IMG/VR virus record: IMGVR_UViG_3300035547_000161
Location: 1 to 29,249 of that record
Length of the DNA stretch: 29,249 bases
Direction: 5' to 3' (one strand)
DNA from: a virus
Lineage: Duplodnaviria > Caudoviricetes
A program made the position numbers and the translations under genes. Below the pieces are notes generated by a model, which saw only the letters and a program-made list of their open reading frames with translations, was not told where the DNA came from and made no database searches. Below are positions 12,501 through 18,032 of the stretch, piece after piece; positions within the stretch are counted from its first letter, which is position 1; each line of letters opens with the position of its first letter.

Positions 12501-15500
12501 ACATTCCGGCTTCTTCCGCTTCCTGTAGCCGGATCTCAGGGAATACCTCTTGGCCTATCTTAACGAACTCATTTGATCTCTCCCGACCTTTGAAAGCATT
12601 TTCAACACGGGAGACGATGGGCGAAGGCTCTTTTGGCTCCGGTGCTAAATCTTTGAGGGCCGAAGGCACAACAGGGGGTTGATCCCCAAACAGGTATTCG
12701 TTCATGGACTCAACTGACGCCTGCGGGAATCCTTCTTTCCCAATGGTTTCGTTACGAAAAACCCTGGCGTTGAATTTATCTCCTCGGCTTTCAGCTTCTT
12801 CCACCGCGTTGCGCTGCAACCATCTATGGACCCGCTTGGCGGTGTTTGTTGCCCTGATAGGCGTTGAGGTGTCTACCTTCGGGAACGGTGTCGTGGTCCT
12901 GCCGGATGATGTTTGTGTGGTTTCCTTCGTTCCCAACATCACGCTTGGCATGGGCTTTTCTTCGAGACCGGATACTTGTTTTGGCGCGGGTTCTTTCGGC
13001 TCGGGGGCTTTAGACGACATTTCGCTGGTGCTCGGTGTGGCGGGTTCCGAGGTTTCGGAAGGAGCGGCCCCTTGCAATGCTTGTCGTCTCTGCTCCTCAA
13101 GGTCTTTAATCTTGGCTTCGACCTGCCTTACCCTATCGCCTTTATCATTTATGGCCATGTCATAGGCGAAATCCATCTCAACCGTTCTGGCCTTTTTAAG
13201 TGCGAGGTCTATATCCTTGATTTGCCTTCGTTCTTTCGCTGCCAAAGTCGGCTTTGCAGGTTTCTCCGCCTGCTCCAACCGCTTGTCAATTTCCTCCAAC
13301 TGCTTCTGAACGGCCTGCCTTGTTTCTTCGGATACGCCCGGTTTGGCAATCTCCGCTTCAAGCTGGTTACGCATCTCCCCGAGCTTTTGTCTCTGCGTCG
13401 CCGTAAGTTTAAGGTCGCTGGCGAAGAACTCATCGACAGCGGCAGCCATATCTTCGGGGGTTTGGGCGGGTTCTGGCTTACGCTTTTCTCCCGTTTCTTC
13501 AACCCCTTGAGGCTTCTCCCCGAAATCTGTTTCGGGGGCAGATGTCGCGGGCTTCGTTGGCTCAGGGGCTGGCTCCGGCTTCTTCAGGTCCGGATACTCG
13601 GCAAGGACTTCGCGGGGCACGGGCTTGCCTTCGGAGCGGGCTTTTTCTATGAGAGCTTTGTGCCTTTGGGAAAGCTCTGTCATCGGTACGCGAGGGACTT
13701 CATCCCCTCGCTCAACGGCCCGACGGATACCCCAAGCGTCATGGTCAGAACGTAGCTGCTCTGGGAAAAGCTCGGAGAGCAACCCCCTTACTTGTTGGAT
13801 GTCTTCTTTGGTGTAGATGCTAGATAGCTTGCCTCGCAGTTCATCGTATCCCATCTTCCACGGTTCTTTTCCACCCGTTTCCGGCGCCTCTACCGGCTGT
13901 TTTGGGGTCGTCTCTGCGACTTCCGGCTCTACCCCTTGTCCTGGTATGGGTGCTTGTGTTTCGGTTGGTTTCGTGGACTCTATGGGGGGTTTTTCAGCTT
14001 CTACCGGAACATCTTCACCGGGGAAAATAACGGCTCCATCGTTTGTTTTGAACCCAACGATTCCTGAATCTCGCATACCCAATAGAAGGTCTTCGTTGTT
14101 CTGCCATAAGGATGCAACAAAATCAGCGTCGTCCCATACATCGGCAGAATTTACAATGTCGTCCGGGTTGGCATTCGGAGGAATAAAGTTTTCGTAGTCA
14201 TCTCCATATTGATCCCTGTAATACTTGTCAGCATATCGCTGGACCCAGCCCGGAACATTGGCAAGTGCTGATTTCGGGATGGCATATTCTTTTTCGCCAT
14301 AAGATGTGATCCTGTCTTTGTCGTCTGCGGCAAGGACTACGGGGGCGGTTGAGGTCCGTGGGTCTTGGCCGCGATGAAAGACATATTCTTGTCCTTCGTT
14401 TCTTGCTTCCAAATCGGGCGCTGGTGACGTTTTCTCGTCGTCTGCTACCTCTGACCCCTCTTTCGATTTAAGCCGTCCCTTCCGGCCTGCAAGAGCAATG
14501 GCAAGCCTGTCTCGAAGGCTTCTCTCCCCTGCCGTTTCAGCCGGGGTTTCGATGAGCGGCTTTTCGACAGGAGTCGCTTCTTCTGGTGCCACACGACCGC
14601 CAAGGCGATCTGCCACCCCATCCATTCTTTCCTGCCAAAACGGGCCTCTCGGGGTTATCTCATATTTATCATCAGGGCTTACAGGGGCTCCCTCGATCAT
14701 TGCGCCCTGGCCTGGTAAACGCCCGAATGCCGGGGTCATGGGCGCTTCTTGTTGCCCCGCTGCTTCTGCTTCCATAGCAGACCAATCCGAGGGAGGCGCT
14801 GATTCAAGCCCTTCCTCGAACAGGCGGGCCCCTCGGAGTTGAGGTTGAGGGGTTGGGGCGGCGGCGGTCACTTCGTCCCATGTCGCTTTTACCGCTTCTT
14901 CGGCAAGTTTTTTATCCGCTTCAATTTTGTTCTCAAGCTCGGGATCGGTCTCGATAGGCGTATCAAGATCAATCGCTTCACCGGCTTCAATGGCCCGCAT
15001 CGCGGTATCAAGCCATTTGTCGGCCACCGGCTCACTTGCTGGCTTGATTGCCTTATGAACCATAAGAGCAGACTGCGCCCTGTCTTTGATATCTGCTTCC
15101 GGGTTCTTGAGATTATCTTTGGCTTTCTTCTGGACGCGAGACCTGGTGTATTCCCCGACACCGCCGAATATCATAGAGGCTACGAGGGACGGCCCGAAGG
15201 CATGGATAGCCGCGTCGGTGAAACTATCGTCACCGATCCCCAATCGCTTCATCTCCTCAGCTTGGAGACCGGCAGTTGCCATTTCGGTTGACACCTCGCC
15301 TAATGCAATCGCCCCGGTGCGCTTCATCACGTCTTTGACGTTGGTCTTAAATAGGGTCGCGACGCCTCTTTTTAGCGTGTCTTTTGCAGCAGGAGCTATC
15401 AGGGGCTTGGCCCCGGCGCCTAATGCGCCGGCAGTGATAAGGTCAGATAAAAATTCAAATCCACCTTCGTAAAGACCTGTCCTTACAGCGACAGGGATTG

Positions 15501-16167
15501 CTTCATCTCTCGGGACACCGGCCTTCACCGCTTCTTCAACAGTCTGGTCAAATTCTCCAAGGCCGTATAACGTACCACCAGTAGTCGCATAGCCGACTAG
15601 CCCGCCGAGGAATGTCCCAACGGGGCCTGCACCTACCACGCTACCAATTGCAGCACCAGCAGCGGCGCCAGGGGCACGAGATGCAAGAGACATAGCTGCG
15701 GATCGCACACCTTCATGAAACCACCGAGAAAAACCTTCCCTGTTCGGGTTGGCATCAAGCCATGGGTTTTCCTTCTTGAACTTGGTGGCCCATCCGATGA
15801 TCTTTGACGATATGCCCGTTCCTTCTTCACCCGCGATATCGCCCCCAGGAAGAGCACGCCCTGCACGCCCGACCTGTTCAGCGGCGTCTACGATACCACC
15901 CGCTACATCCCCGACGGTGCTTTTAAAAAAGCCCATTTCCTGCTTTGGCTCGGCTACTTCTGGCTCTTGGAAAGCCGCTTCTGGCATAGCTATAATGGAC
16001 TGCAAGGATTTTGCACGTTCGGGAGTTATTTCAGGGAAGGACAACGCGGGGGTCTCTGTCTTGCCTCTTACCTGGTCCTGGATGTCCTCGGAGTAGGGAT
16101 CTGTTTTTATACCGCCAGGGTTCAAGAGGCGGGCCAAATTTTCTGCACGCTCAGGAGCGATTTCCAT
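535..16167 (-). CDS. Giant polyvalent virion/ejection protein, DarB-like (N6-adenine DNA methyltransferase, SNF2-type helicase, zincin peptidase, ART-like domains), 5210 aa
   Basis: 15.6 kb uninterrupted ORF with GAGGGG SD and TAATG coupling to the upstream gene. MTase motifs AHYT, FDPGSGISHF, GNPPF. Helicase motifs AHSVGAGKT, VDEAH, SGTPITN, TGMNIQ, GRIIRQGN. HEGRH zincin motif. Gly/Ala-rich hydrophobic segments near both termini, typical of ejected proteins. Confidence 0.93.
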   Translation of the reverse strand: MEIAPERAENLARLLNPGGIKTDPYSEDIQDQVRGKTETPALSFPEITPERAKSLQSIIAMPEAAFQEPEVAEPKQEMGFFKSTVGDVAGGIVDAAEQVGRAGRALPGGDIAGEEGTGISSKIIGWATKFKKENPWLDANPNREGFSRWFHEGVRSAAMSLASRAPGAAAGAAIGSVVGAGPVGTFLGGLVGYATTGGTLYGLGEFDQTVEEAVKAGVPRDEAIPVAVRTGLYEGGFEFLSDLITAGALGAGAKPLIAPAAKDTLKRGVATLFKTNVKDVMKRTGAIALGEVSTEMATAGLQAEEMKRLGIGDDSFTDAAIHAFGPSLVASMIFGGVGEYTRSRVQKKAKDNLKNPEADIKDRAQSALMVHKAIKPASEPVADKWLDTAMRAIEAGEAIDLDTPIETDPELENKIEADKKLAEEAVKATWDEVTAAAPTPQPQLRGARLFEEGLESAPPSDWSAMEAEAAGQQEAPMTPAFGRLPGQGAMIEGAPVSPDDKYEITPRGPFWQERMDGVADRLGGRVAPEEATPVEKPLIETPAETAGERSLRDRLAIALAGRKGRLKSKEGSEVADDEKTSPAPDLEARNEGQEYVFHRGQDPRTSTAPVVLAADDKDRITSYGEKEYAIPKSALANVPGWVQRYADKYYRDQYGDDYENFIPPNANPDDIVNSADVWDDADFVASLWQNNEDLLLGMRDSGIVGFKTNDGAVIFPGEDVPVEAEKPPIESTKPTETQAPIPGQGVEPEVAETTPKQPVEAPETGGKEPWKMGYDELRGKLSSIYTKEDIQQVRGLLSELFPEQLRSDHDAWGIRRAVERGDEVPRVPMTELSQRHKALIEKARSEGKPVPREVLAEYPDLKKPEPAPEPTKPATSAPETDFGEKPQGVEETGEKRKPEPAQTPEDMAAAVDEFFASDLKLTATQRQKLGEMRNQLEAEIAKPGVSEETRQAVQKQLEEIDKRLEQAEKPAKPTLAAKERRQIKDIDLALKKARTVEMDFAYDMAINDKGDRVRQVEAKIKDLEEQRRQALQGAAPSETSEPATPSTSEMSSKAPEPKEPAPKQVSGLEEKPMPSVMLGTKETTQTSSGRTTTPFPKVDTSTPIRATNTAKRVHRWLQRNAVEEAESRGDKFNARVFRNETIGKEGFPQASVESMNEYLFGDQPPVVPSALKDLAPEPKEPSPIVSRVENAFKGRERSNEFVKIGQEVFPEIRLQEAEEAGMWAYQVAKGEATQKEFDAWKDRMRRENRTREKPAPAREKEDLTTAWDHELTQTGRRKAAKEAGYSDKVAFRLSKTKWRHISEGEKASLESVRDRWEPKEEAAAPTPTPAPKDTSTIKAEDATADDLLAEWDRQAAEMETAEAEPTPEPKETPVEAKEGDRVVLKNFATGYDGRHGTILKADKTTWTMAPVMGGQAQKREDIRYKVKTDSGYVVDFVSPTNIEPETGEAPVAKPDIEVNPGEWQTPEQVKSSAKYAREQAKSKRAAAQRARKPERIAELKRSAERFEEAAKKDQAIYDAWAEEHAPEELKKAETHPTGSLDDYGLAVEKTTTKNGKQVWQVSGNTKEHMQAMKAAGGRWYGPKKVWSFYNADPTQDILDQLPKKETPTRETPPVTPAESEPVGEKPFFRESGPAPARPAPAPTASEKAGETVDHIKNAIDKFKEINKILGEEGALSGKEVDMSKYELIKPLLQEAWDEIMAAGKSAREFVQVALQSLSPKGRPYFEKFVREEVSHGPDNARRGIEGENAPTDDQGRAAGEEPGPVSGIEEVEEVADVPDESGERDDGSVQGEKGSGLGQTRKRKESGAKPDKVGRGIRSRSPERVGRDTGNVPGVLSKGTDYVIPQGGLERKGGWKTAAKNNLDAIELYKKILSENRPATKEEQETLAKYVGWGASELANNMFPGYAWAREVRLNSAREGWGPLVERLTSLLTADEIKAAAKSTQNAHYTSEGIIRGIYKALKSFGFDGGKLFDPGSGISHFAGLIPRDIRKNTFYTGIEMDPISAGIAKLLYPNHRIVNGDFTKELFPKDFFDAAAGNPPFAPTKILADPEYRKQRFSLHNYFFAKSIDRIRPGGVLAFVTSHYTMDAQSKKVRDYLSKSADFIGAIRLPQTAFKENAGTEVVTDVIFLKKRVEGEVPAGEAWLDLAEVEVPEGTALVNEYFANHPEMVLGRHSLQGSMRAANEYTVLPADEDIESLFNKAVGKLPKNVYSPVQSDSGTLEEQVFERDYDPKIKKEGGVYLTDKGRLNIVDYGSGVSIKQAYPKLSKTDEAWLKDYVALRDVLKSAHYDQLTDGEWEKSLKKLQTAYRKFTKKHGRILEYTLSTRKQKNDDGDIEEIAYRRYKNNKLLSVDTEGSKVAALESIDEDGQIVEGKVLSERTIRKPEKPKIKTIGDALAVSLNERGHLDISHVAQLIGLTEEQTIESLGDIVYEDPSKGLTLSDEYLSGNVVKKLKEAQAAAEIDAKYKRNVEALKKVQPSPLGPKDITVTPGGPWIPTQYLSDFGKQVLHLSNCRVDHYPASNTFEVKGRFRPQGMRGPGVEFGTSDRGPNEVFEAALNSRAIKITRTDPDTKQTWTDTAATTAANEAVKALKERFGSWVWEDGDRAKVLLEIYNEQFNNLAPRHFDGSHLTLPGASSLIKLYDHQKRAIWRIIQTGNSYLAHSVGAGKTFVMISAGMEMKRLGMISKPLYVVPKHMLGQFAREFNELYPMAHVMVADEKNFHTENRRRFISQATLNSPDAIVIPHSSFGLLSLKEETIAPVRDDFIAQLQYAWEEMRDAGEPHYLVKQMEKRVEQAEQKFNSLIVQGDRAVAFEEMGVDYVFVDEAHEFRKLDYISNQKIKGIDPVGSRKSTDLYIKTLWLEKQNPGRSHTFASGTPITNTIGELYSVMRFFNPKGMEEDGIDHFDAWASNFARSAVGYEMNTAGQFKPVERFSKFINIPELMSRVRQFMDVLTMSQLGSKVKLPNIKGGKPEIVASEPIPELKSYQTDVLQPRIEASERWKPSPSERGNPDPLINIITDGRLASIDMRFVQPVPNNPGSKLNKFIDGVIETYNQTKDNEYLEPNGKKSTRKGGVQVCFYNHGFGANVKEKRGFDARAWVMERLKEAGIPTKDVAWIDDYKNAAKKEALFRDLRNGKKRILFGSAKKMGTGMNIQTRLSHLHYLDPPWYPSDVEQPLGRIIRQGNQNEEVDIRWYATKGSYDATMWQLVAMKSRFIEKAFLGEKDLRTMEDVSETSQYEMASAIATGDERVIRLVALRTELERYANLHVEYTNDQRRLEWKRRDLKSSVQYNSRLLEKLKKMNKHIPGGHVAFETGTIDGKVYDKREQFRDSIMVRLRDVRSLKNADEEYIGSITAKAVGKGSVSLDIYREVRGRRSNGEPKFADVTIRFAEGLSESWDPGEFSPTKVINFLNSLGSNIDSTERTLRQKKEESAEVEKRLGAPFAYEREYMEAVAEVARLERELADEGSGEALEMQAISEMSRDEAAENRRNLVDSFIEDVVTLLKPKDTSARITIQNQMDEASDATYIQTAYEKALPILQVEHQEAFTEDFEEKLDHLREGYIRRESYLDYPAVIGNYPDFRESGIRFSRHSAAHKTPRRPVRAAAVRTDVNRVIGKEFKGLEGLVEVVQSETDLPADVLAQIQREGMDGQYNGLNYRGKTYIVADNLSSRDAGRVQFIEALLGHEGRHWAFSQIIPNAFERKRFFRQVADKYKQEVQAYMDEFEETDKALAAEEVFASQVREGKTGALIDRFISKVMQWVRKVFPGIHITRAEARNLIERAEALMAGERETIGINQFAQPVRYKLKEAVKKITDNPAFVRWFGKSKVVDENGEPLVVYHSTDADAIDVFRPWNSAKTIYFAFTPEAAREAARGKARIEPVYLKATTPVNTKNTPMPWGQAEDNIQVAEWRDQGYDSVYVKDEAGVSIAVFHPTQIKSIYNTTFDPNNPDIRFTQKEKSGKITSMTEKGEGRIPTVSPKKAESRKVIKAYLDAAGDDSISVPDGWYIHGRTDNKNLEEAAKEHIIETTNSWDWADWGKNGRTYAIKPKKTASVLDFSSQTTSDIQNLINQAVSQYKNGTLLGDIRDSIELSTGTELNEEAIGNAVIENFIPEDIGLTAGAYDANEWIEWLLDTVGPVDFVITPDGGVVLNYVEMDVIHLNKYLDKPLPSPSRSLLEGERLRYQRKPTKEATAFDKEYQADTISLWDTVRKIPAVRNQGWKEGNKRDFKSWQRLLSVPSHFFHEIASMGRVYNAAMENQDNRNRLKDDILKGADETYHTQALDLLRKQDRRQYLNLKKYLKDHDQNQIGYRVVKNPDTEQFELYQPGRKKPIGKFDKESDAVDAMIRAEGDDYLKSGATEQAANALMRFRRATNNGFDILFQSMDDLIKHYKETGQKLPTETVLIDGKRVEVNLKMALAKMGDMRGYYFPRIREPGRYVGYATKKGVNPIRKHFDYETTLDAWQIKMQHQGYKVTKDTQKRMPEDVFEMAGQVIAQEAIINEAFSRIRTKSFTLEDFGLEAIDRRLESGKRDFMVRGPTTKETNALFKRMGGRFFPSDKGGARVWHFENPGANFESRLAKAIAFEKAAVDVDLGVQSVFAKALVEQVANVIKGRGVRQHMIARRDATGLDVWEGYEEDPAIALAKYARGLAAGEAKKIMAKDMLAAFTGTDISWSMYRGMEENPTYEGYLEFVENRRVDPVNQSNAFKEGKTYIEHMLRNDEAVDRLTGSIKGLAVMKYLSGRVSAPLVNLTALVTSVPASMNGFGNIPLSKTFSYLSKASRYYKRYAFGDKASLPKDVRQLFDEIHDNGWHNAQYNREALAVLKSKAGRGMDRVIDWGMIGFGATEKLNRVATIAGAYLGLKDQGKMDHDEMLELAKKISDQAHATYGKANWPLIARGTHPAAHVMKAFYVFKTFSHNYLLTMKDLWGDGWNPKHAKAFTYMAVSPAILAGAGGMVGWGIIMSAIAKAFDIDDPEEDIYAWLDANLGASAERFARFGAFGLIGINLKGSLEIGVTDLPTNFKDLLGAPGSVIGDVYEGGKSILKGDVAKGIERIAPLAISGPLKAYRESTEGLTTRTNAPLFYGNEQVSLGPWEAALRSLAFNPARIAGVREELWSDTKTSAKWSERKRDINARIKKFYLLPAQDRTKDRWAKILELIMEYNERVKRTGAAQRGVATYITAKSIRQSLRTSFKPSRRERFRAARKGDLG
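4306..4730 (-). other. ADP-ribosyltransferase-like domain (ART-PolyVal type)
   Basis: FVRWFGKSKVVDENGEPLVVYHST...IYFA...PVYLK...GYDSV...IAVFHPTQIKS...FDPNNPDIRF matches the recalled pattern of this domain in phage polyvalent proteins. Confidence 0.75.
4770..5350 (-). other. Zincin-like metallopeptidase domain (polyvalent-protein type)
   Basis: GLNYRGKTYIVADNL...LLGHEGRHW (HExxH at 5098-5112), followed by AAEEVFA which could supply the third Glu ligand. Confidence 0.75.
6400..8300 (-). other. SNF2/SF2 helicase-ATPase domains of the giant protein (approximate limits)
   Basis: Walker A AHSVGAGKT (8161-8187), Walker B DEAH (7687-7698), motif III SGTP, motif V TGMNIQ, motif VI QPLGRIIRQGN (~6613-6645). 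Confidence 0.92.
9550..10650 (-). other. N6-adenine DNA methyltransferase domain of the giant protein (approximate limits)
   Basis: YVGWG and NAHYT; SAM-binding motif I FDPGSGISHF (~10223-10254); catalytic NPPF (10042-10053); IRLPQTAF..AGTEVVTDVIFL. Confidence 0.9.
10659..10964 (-). CDS. Nested (+1 frame) TnpV-like small protein inside the giant gene, 101 aa
   Basis: Strong SD (AGGGAGGAGGT-AAGCC-ATG). Product looks globular and helical and resembles the recalled TnpV pattern (LQEKNPALFQELKKSKKLQMFL...QNPIKWAAAYE...EGIQATYLEF). The host frame over the same span is a disordered G/R/D/E linker. Confidence 0.72.
   Translation of the reverse strand: MDPIMLEGESREKMRRQMIKDALQEKNPALFQELKKSKKLQMFLMNREKEMMGAFREKRDRALDKHASEKNREQNPIKWAAAYEADLRSEWEGIQATYLEF
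10970..10980 (-). promoter_or_regulatory. Shine-Dalgarno site for the nested gene
   Basis: Minus strand reads AGGGAGGAGGT, ending 5 nt before the ATG at 10964. Confidence 0.7.
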
Positions 16168-17795
16168 TATTTACCCCTCATTTGTTCCTGCAACCATTCG
16201 ATATCTGCCTTAATCGTCTTTTCAGGGACCCCACTTTTCCGGCCCCTTTCCGTGATCTCTTTCGCAGCTTGTTCGGGATTCATTTTCAAAAGAGGGTGAT
16301 ACACACCATATCTGGCTATAAATTTGACTTGGTTCACGGCGTATGATCCAGGGTTACGTTGGATATGGCCGAGGATGGATGTTTCAGGGAAACGACCATC
16401 GTCTGCTTTGGGTTCAGCCGATGTTGGGGCTTTCGTGGGTTTCGTCCCTGCCATGTCCTGAGCAGATACGGAAGGCTCCTTGACTGGTTCTGGCTTGGGG
16501 GCGGGGGCAGGTGTAGCCGTCTTTGCTGCGGGAGGTGTTTCAGCGGGTTCCCCGGCCATGGCCCCTATTTTGCTCGCAATCGACACACGGGCCTCTGGCG
16601 GCAAATTCGCATGAACATAAGAGGCTATTTGCTCATCGGTCGCCCCTGCGTCAATCATCTGCCCGATCACTTTTTCCTGTGAATCTATAAATTCTGTTTT
16701 TTGTTTGGGATCGAGGGTTCGGTAATATATATTGGCTACATCTTGGTTCAACCCATCCATTGTTTTCTGGAGTCGTTCGTACTGCCCCTTTGAAATAGTC
16801 GCTGGGCCTTCTATCCCAAGCGAGCCTTCAGGGTGCGTCGGGTCGTATTTATTCATAACCTCGCGGGTTTTTTCTATTTGGTTATATATGGACTTGAGGC
16901 GCTCCTTGTGATCAGCGATGGTTGCCCTACCACCTTTTTCGTTTATTTTGTTCTGGAGGATTTGCCCCTCGAGTTGTGATTGGTAAAGCTCCGTCTGCTT
17001 TTTCCGGAGATCAATAAGGGCCTGGCCTTCGGCCCGTTTCCCCTCTGTCTCGGCCCTCTTCATAATGGCCTGTTCATAGTTATTAATGCGTTGCTGTATC
17101 TGCTGAATCCCTTGCTGTGCCGCAGGCCCTCCAACTGCTGAGGCGACCGCGAGATTTTTAAGCTCGGCATCGAGGAGATACGCCGGGTCATCCATTTGAG
17201 ACTGCAACTGTTTCCTGCGCTCTGCCATTTCGGGGGTCATGCCGGTTTGCTGCGCCTGATGATCGATCTGCTCCACCTCGTCAAGAATCGTTCGTCTCGG
17301 GTTCGTATAGGCGAGCATCGCTGCGGTAAATTGCGGGGCGTATCGTTGGAGGTGCTTTTGCGTGACCTTTGTACCATCCGGCATCACAGCATAGAGCTTG
17401 CCGTCCTTTTCGTCGTACTGCGCCTTGGCCCCGCCAACGGAAGCAAGCAGGTTATCCAGAACGACGCGGGGCTGGCCGTTTTCGTCCTCTCCTACGGGAT
17501 AGAGCATGTGCTTGGAGTCCGCGATATTGTGGAGCATGGTGCCAACATCCCACGGTTGGTTTAATCGCTTCCGCTCCTCTTTGAGGTCCTCGTTCGCCAT
17601 TTCCTGGGCTTCGAGTTTTAACCCGGTCAGCCGGTCGCTTAGATCCTGAGACGCGAGCTTTCGTTTCGTCATGGCTGAGGTAAGATCGAATTGTTTTTCA
17701 CGCAAACGGTTCTCGCCCATAACCCTTGGGATTTGCTGCAGGGTATTGGCGAGCCGGTCCATGGCCTGGGATCTCAGCCTGTAGCCTTCGAGCAT
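16167..17795 (-). CDS. Putative internal virion/ejection protein, helical/coiled-coil, 542 aa
   Basis: TAAGGAG SD. Q/E/K/A-rich helical composition with a Pro/Ala/Thr linker. No signal peptide. Lies directly before the giant ejection protein. Confidence 0.75.
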   Translation of the reverse strand: MLEGYRLRSQAMDRLANTLQQIPRVMGENRLREKQFDLTSAMTKRKLASQDLSDRLTGLKLEAQEMANEDLKEERKRLNQPWDVGTMLHNIADSKHMLYPVGEDENGQPRVVLDNLLASVGGAKAQYDEKDGKLYAVMPDGTKVTQKHLQRYAPQFTAAMLAYTNPRRTILDEVEQIDHQAQQTGMTPEMAERRKQLQSQMDDPAYLLDAELKNLAVASAVGGPAAQQGIQQIQQRINNYEQAIMKRAETEGKRAEGQALIDLRKKQTELYQSQLEGQILQNKINEKGGRATIADHKERLKSIYNQIEKTREVMNKYDPTHPEGSLGIEGPATISKGQYERLQKTMDGLNQDVANIYYRTLDPKQKTEFIDSQEKVIGQMIDAGATDEQIASYVHANLPPEARVSIASKIGAMAGEPAETPPAAKTATPAPAPKPEPVKEPSVSAQDMAGTKPTKAPTSAEPKADDGRFPETSILGHIQRNPGSYAVNQVKFIARYGVYHPLLKMNPEQAAKEITERGRKSGVPEKTIKADIEWLQEQMRGK

Positions 17796-17814
17796 GGTTG
17801 ATTCTCCTTAATAG

Positions 17815-17844
17815 TTGACAAATATTGTGGGTTGAGTGTAAGCT
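17815..17844 (+). promoter_or_regulatory. Putative sigma70-type promoter pointing antisense to the virion operon
   Basis: Perfect TTGACA (17815-17820), 18-nt spacer, TAAGCT (17839-17844), in the AT-rich and only sizeable intergenic gap of the window. Confidence 0.55.
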
Positions 17845-17873
17845 TTAAAAAAAGTCAGGGAGGAGGGGTTGAT

Positions 17874-18032
17874 ATGGATACGGCTGGAACAGTTTTGACG
17901 GAAATTATTTTCGCAATACTCGAAGCCTTTACGTCTGGCGGAAGTGCCCCCACTGCTCCACCCGCTGGGCCTGTAGCTCCCCCAGGAGGCCCGGATAATC
18001 TTTTACAGCTGATTTTTTCGTTCTTCTGTTAA
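17874..18032 (+). CDS. Antisense-oriented small protein, 52 aa (possible membrane peptide/moron)
   Basis: GGGAGGAGGGG SD ending 5 nt before ATG 17874. MDTAGTVLTEIIFAILEAFTSGGSAPTAPPAGPVAPPGGPDNLLQLIFSFFC. Lies downstream of the putative promoter and overlaps the 3' end of the 427-aa gene by 30 nt. Confidence 0.55.
   Translation: MDTAGTVLTEIIFAILEAFTSGGSAPTAPPAGPVAPPGGPDNLLQLIFSFFC

Noticed and set aside
12045-13502. Other same-strand alternative-frame ORFs in the giant gene (12045-12263, 13209-13502)
   Set aside because: GTG/TTG-type starts, no convincing SD noticed, and Arg/Pro/Ser-rich frameshift-like composition, unlike the nested ORF at 10659-10964.
12913-13755. 280-aa plus-strand ORF and the many similar plus-strand ORFs opposite the giant gene
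   Set aside because: Antisense shadows rich in Phe/Leu/Arg with no motifs; the coding signal is on the minus strand.
17847-17870. Poly-T run on the minus strand as an intrinsic terminator
   Set aside because: No GC-rich stem precedes the T run.
17857-18001. Minus-strand reading GPPGGATGPAGGAVGAL resembling the 427-aa repeats (possible gene remnant)
   Set aside because: That frame has no start after an upstream TAA and is out of frame with the 427-aa gene. It is better explained as the shadow of the plus-strand 52-aa ORF.
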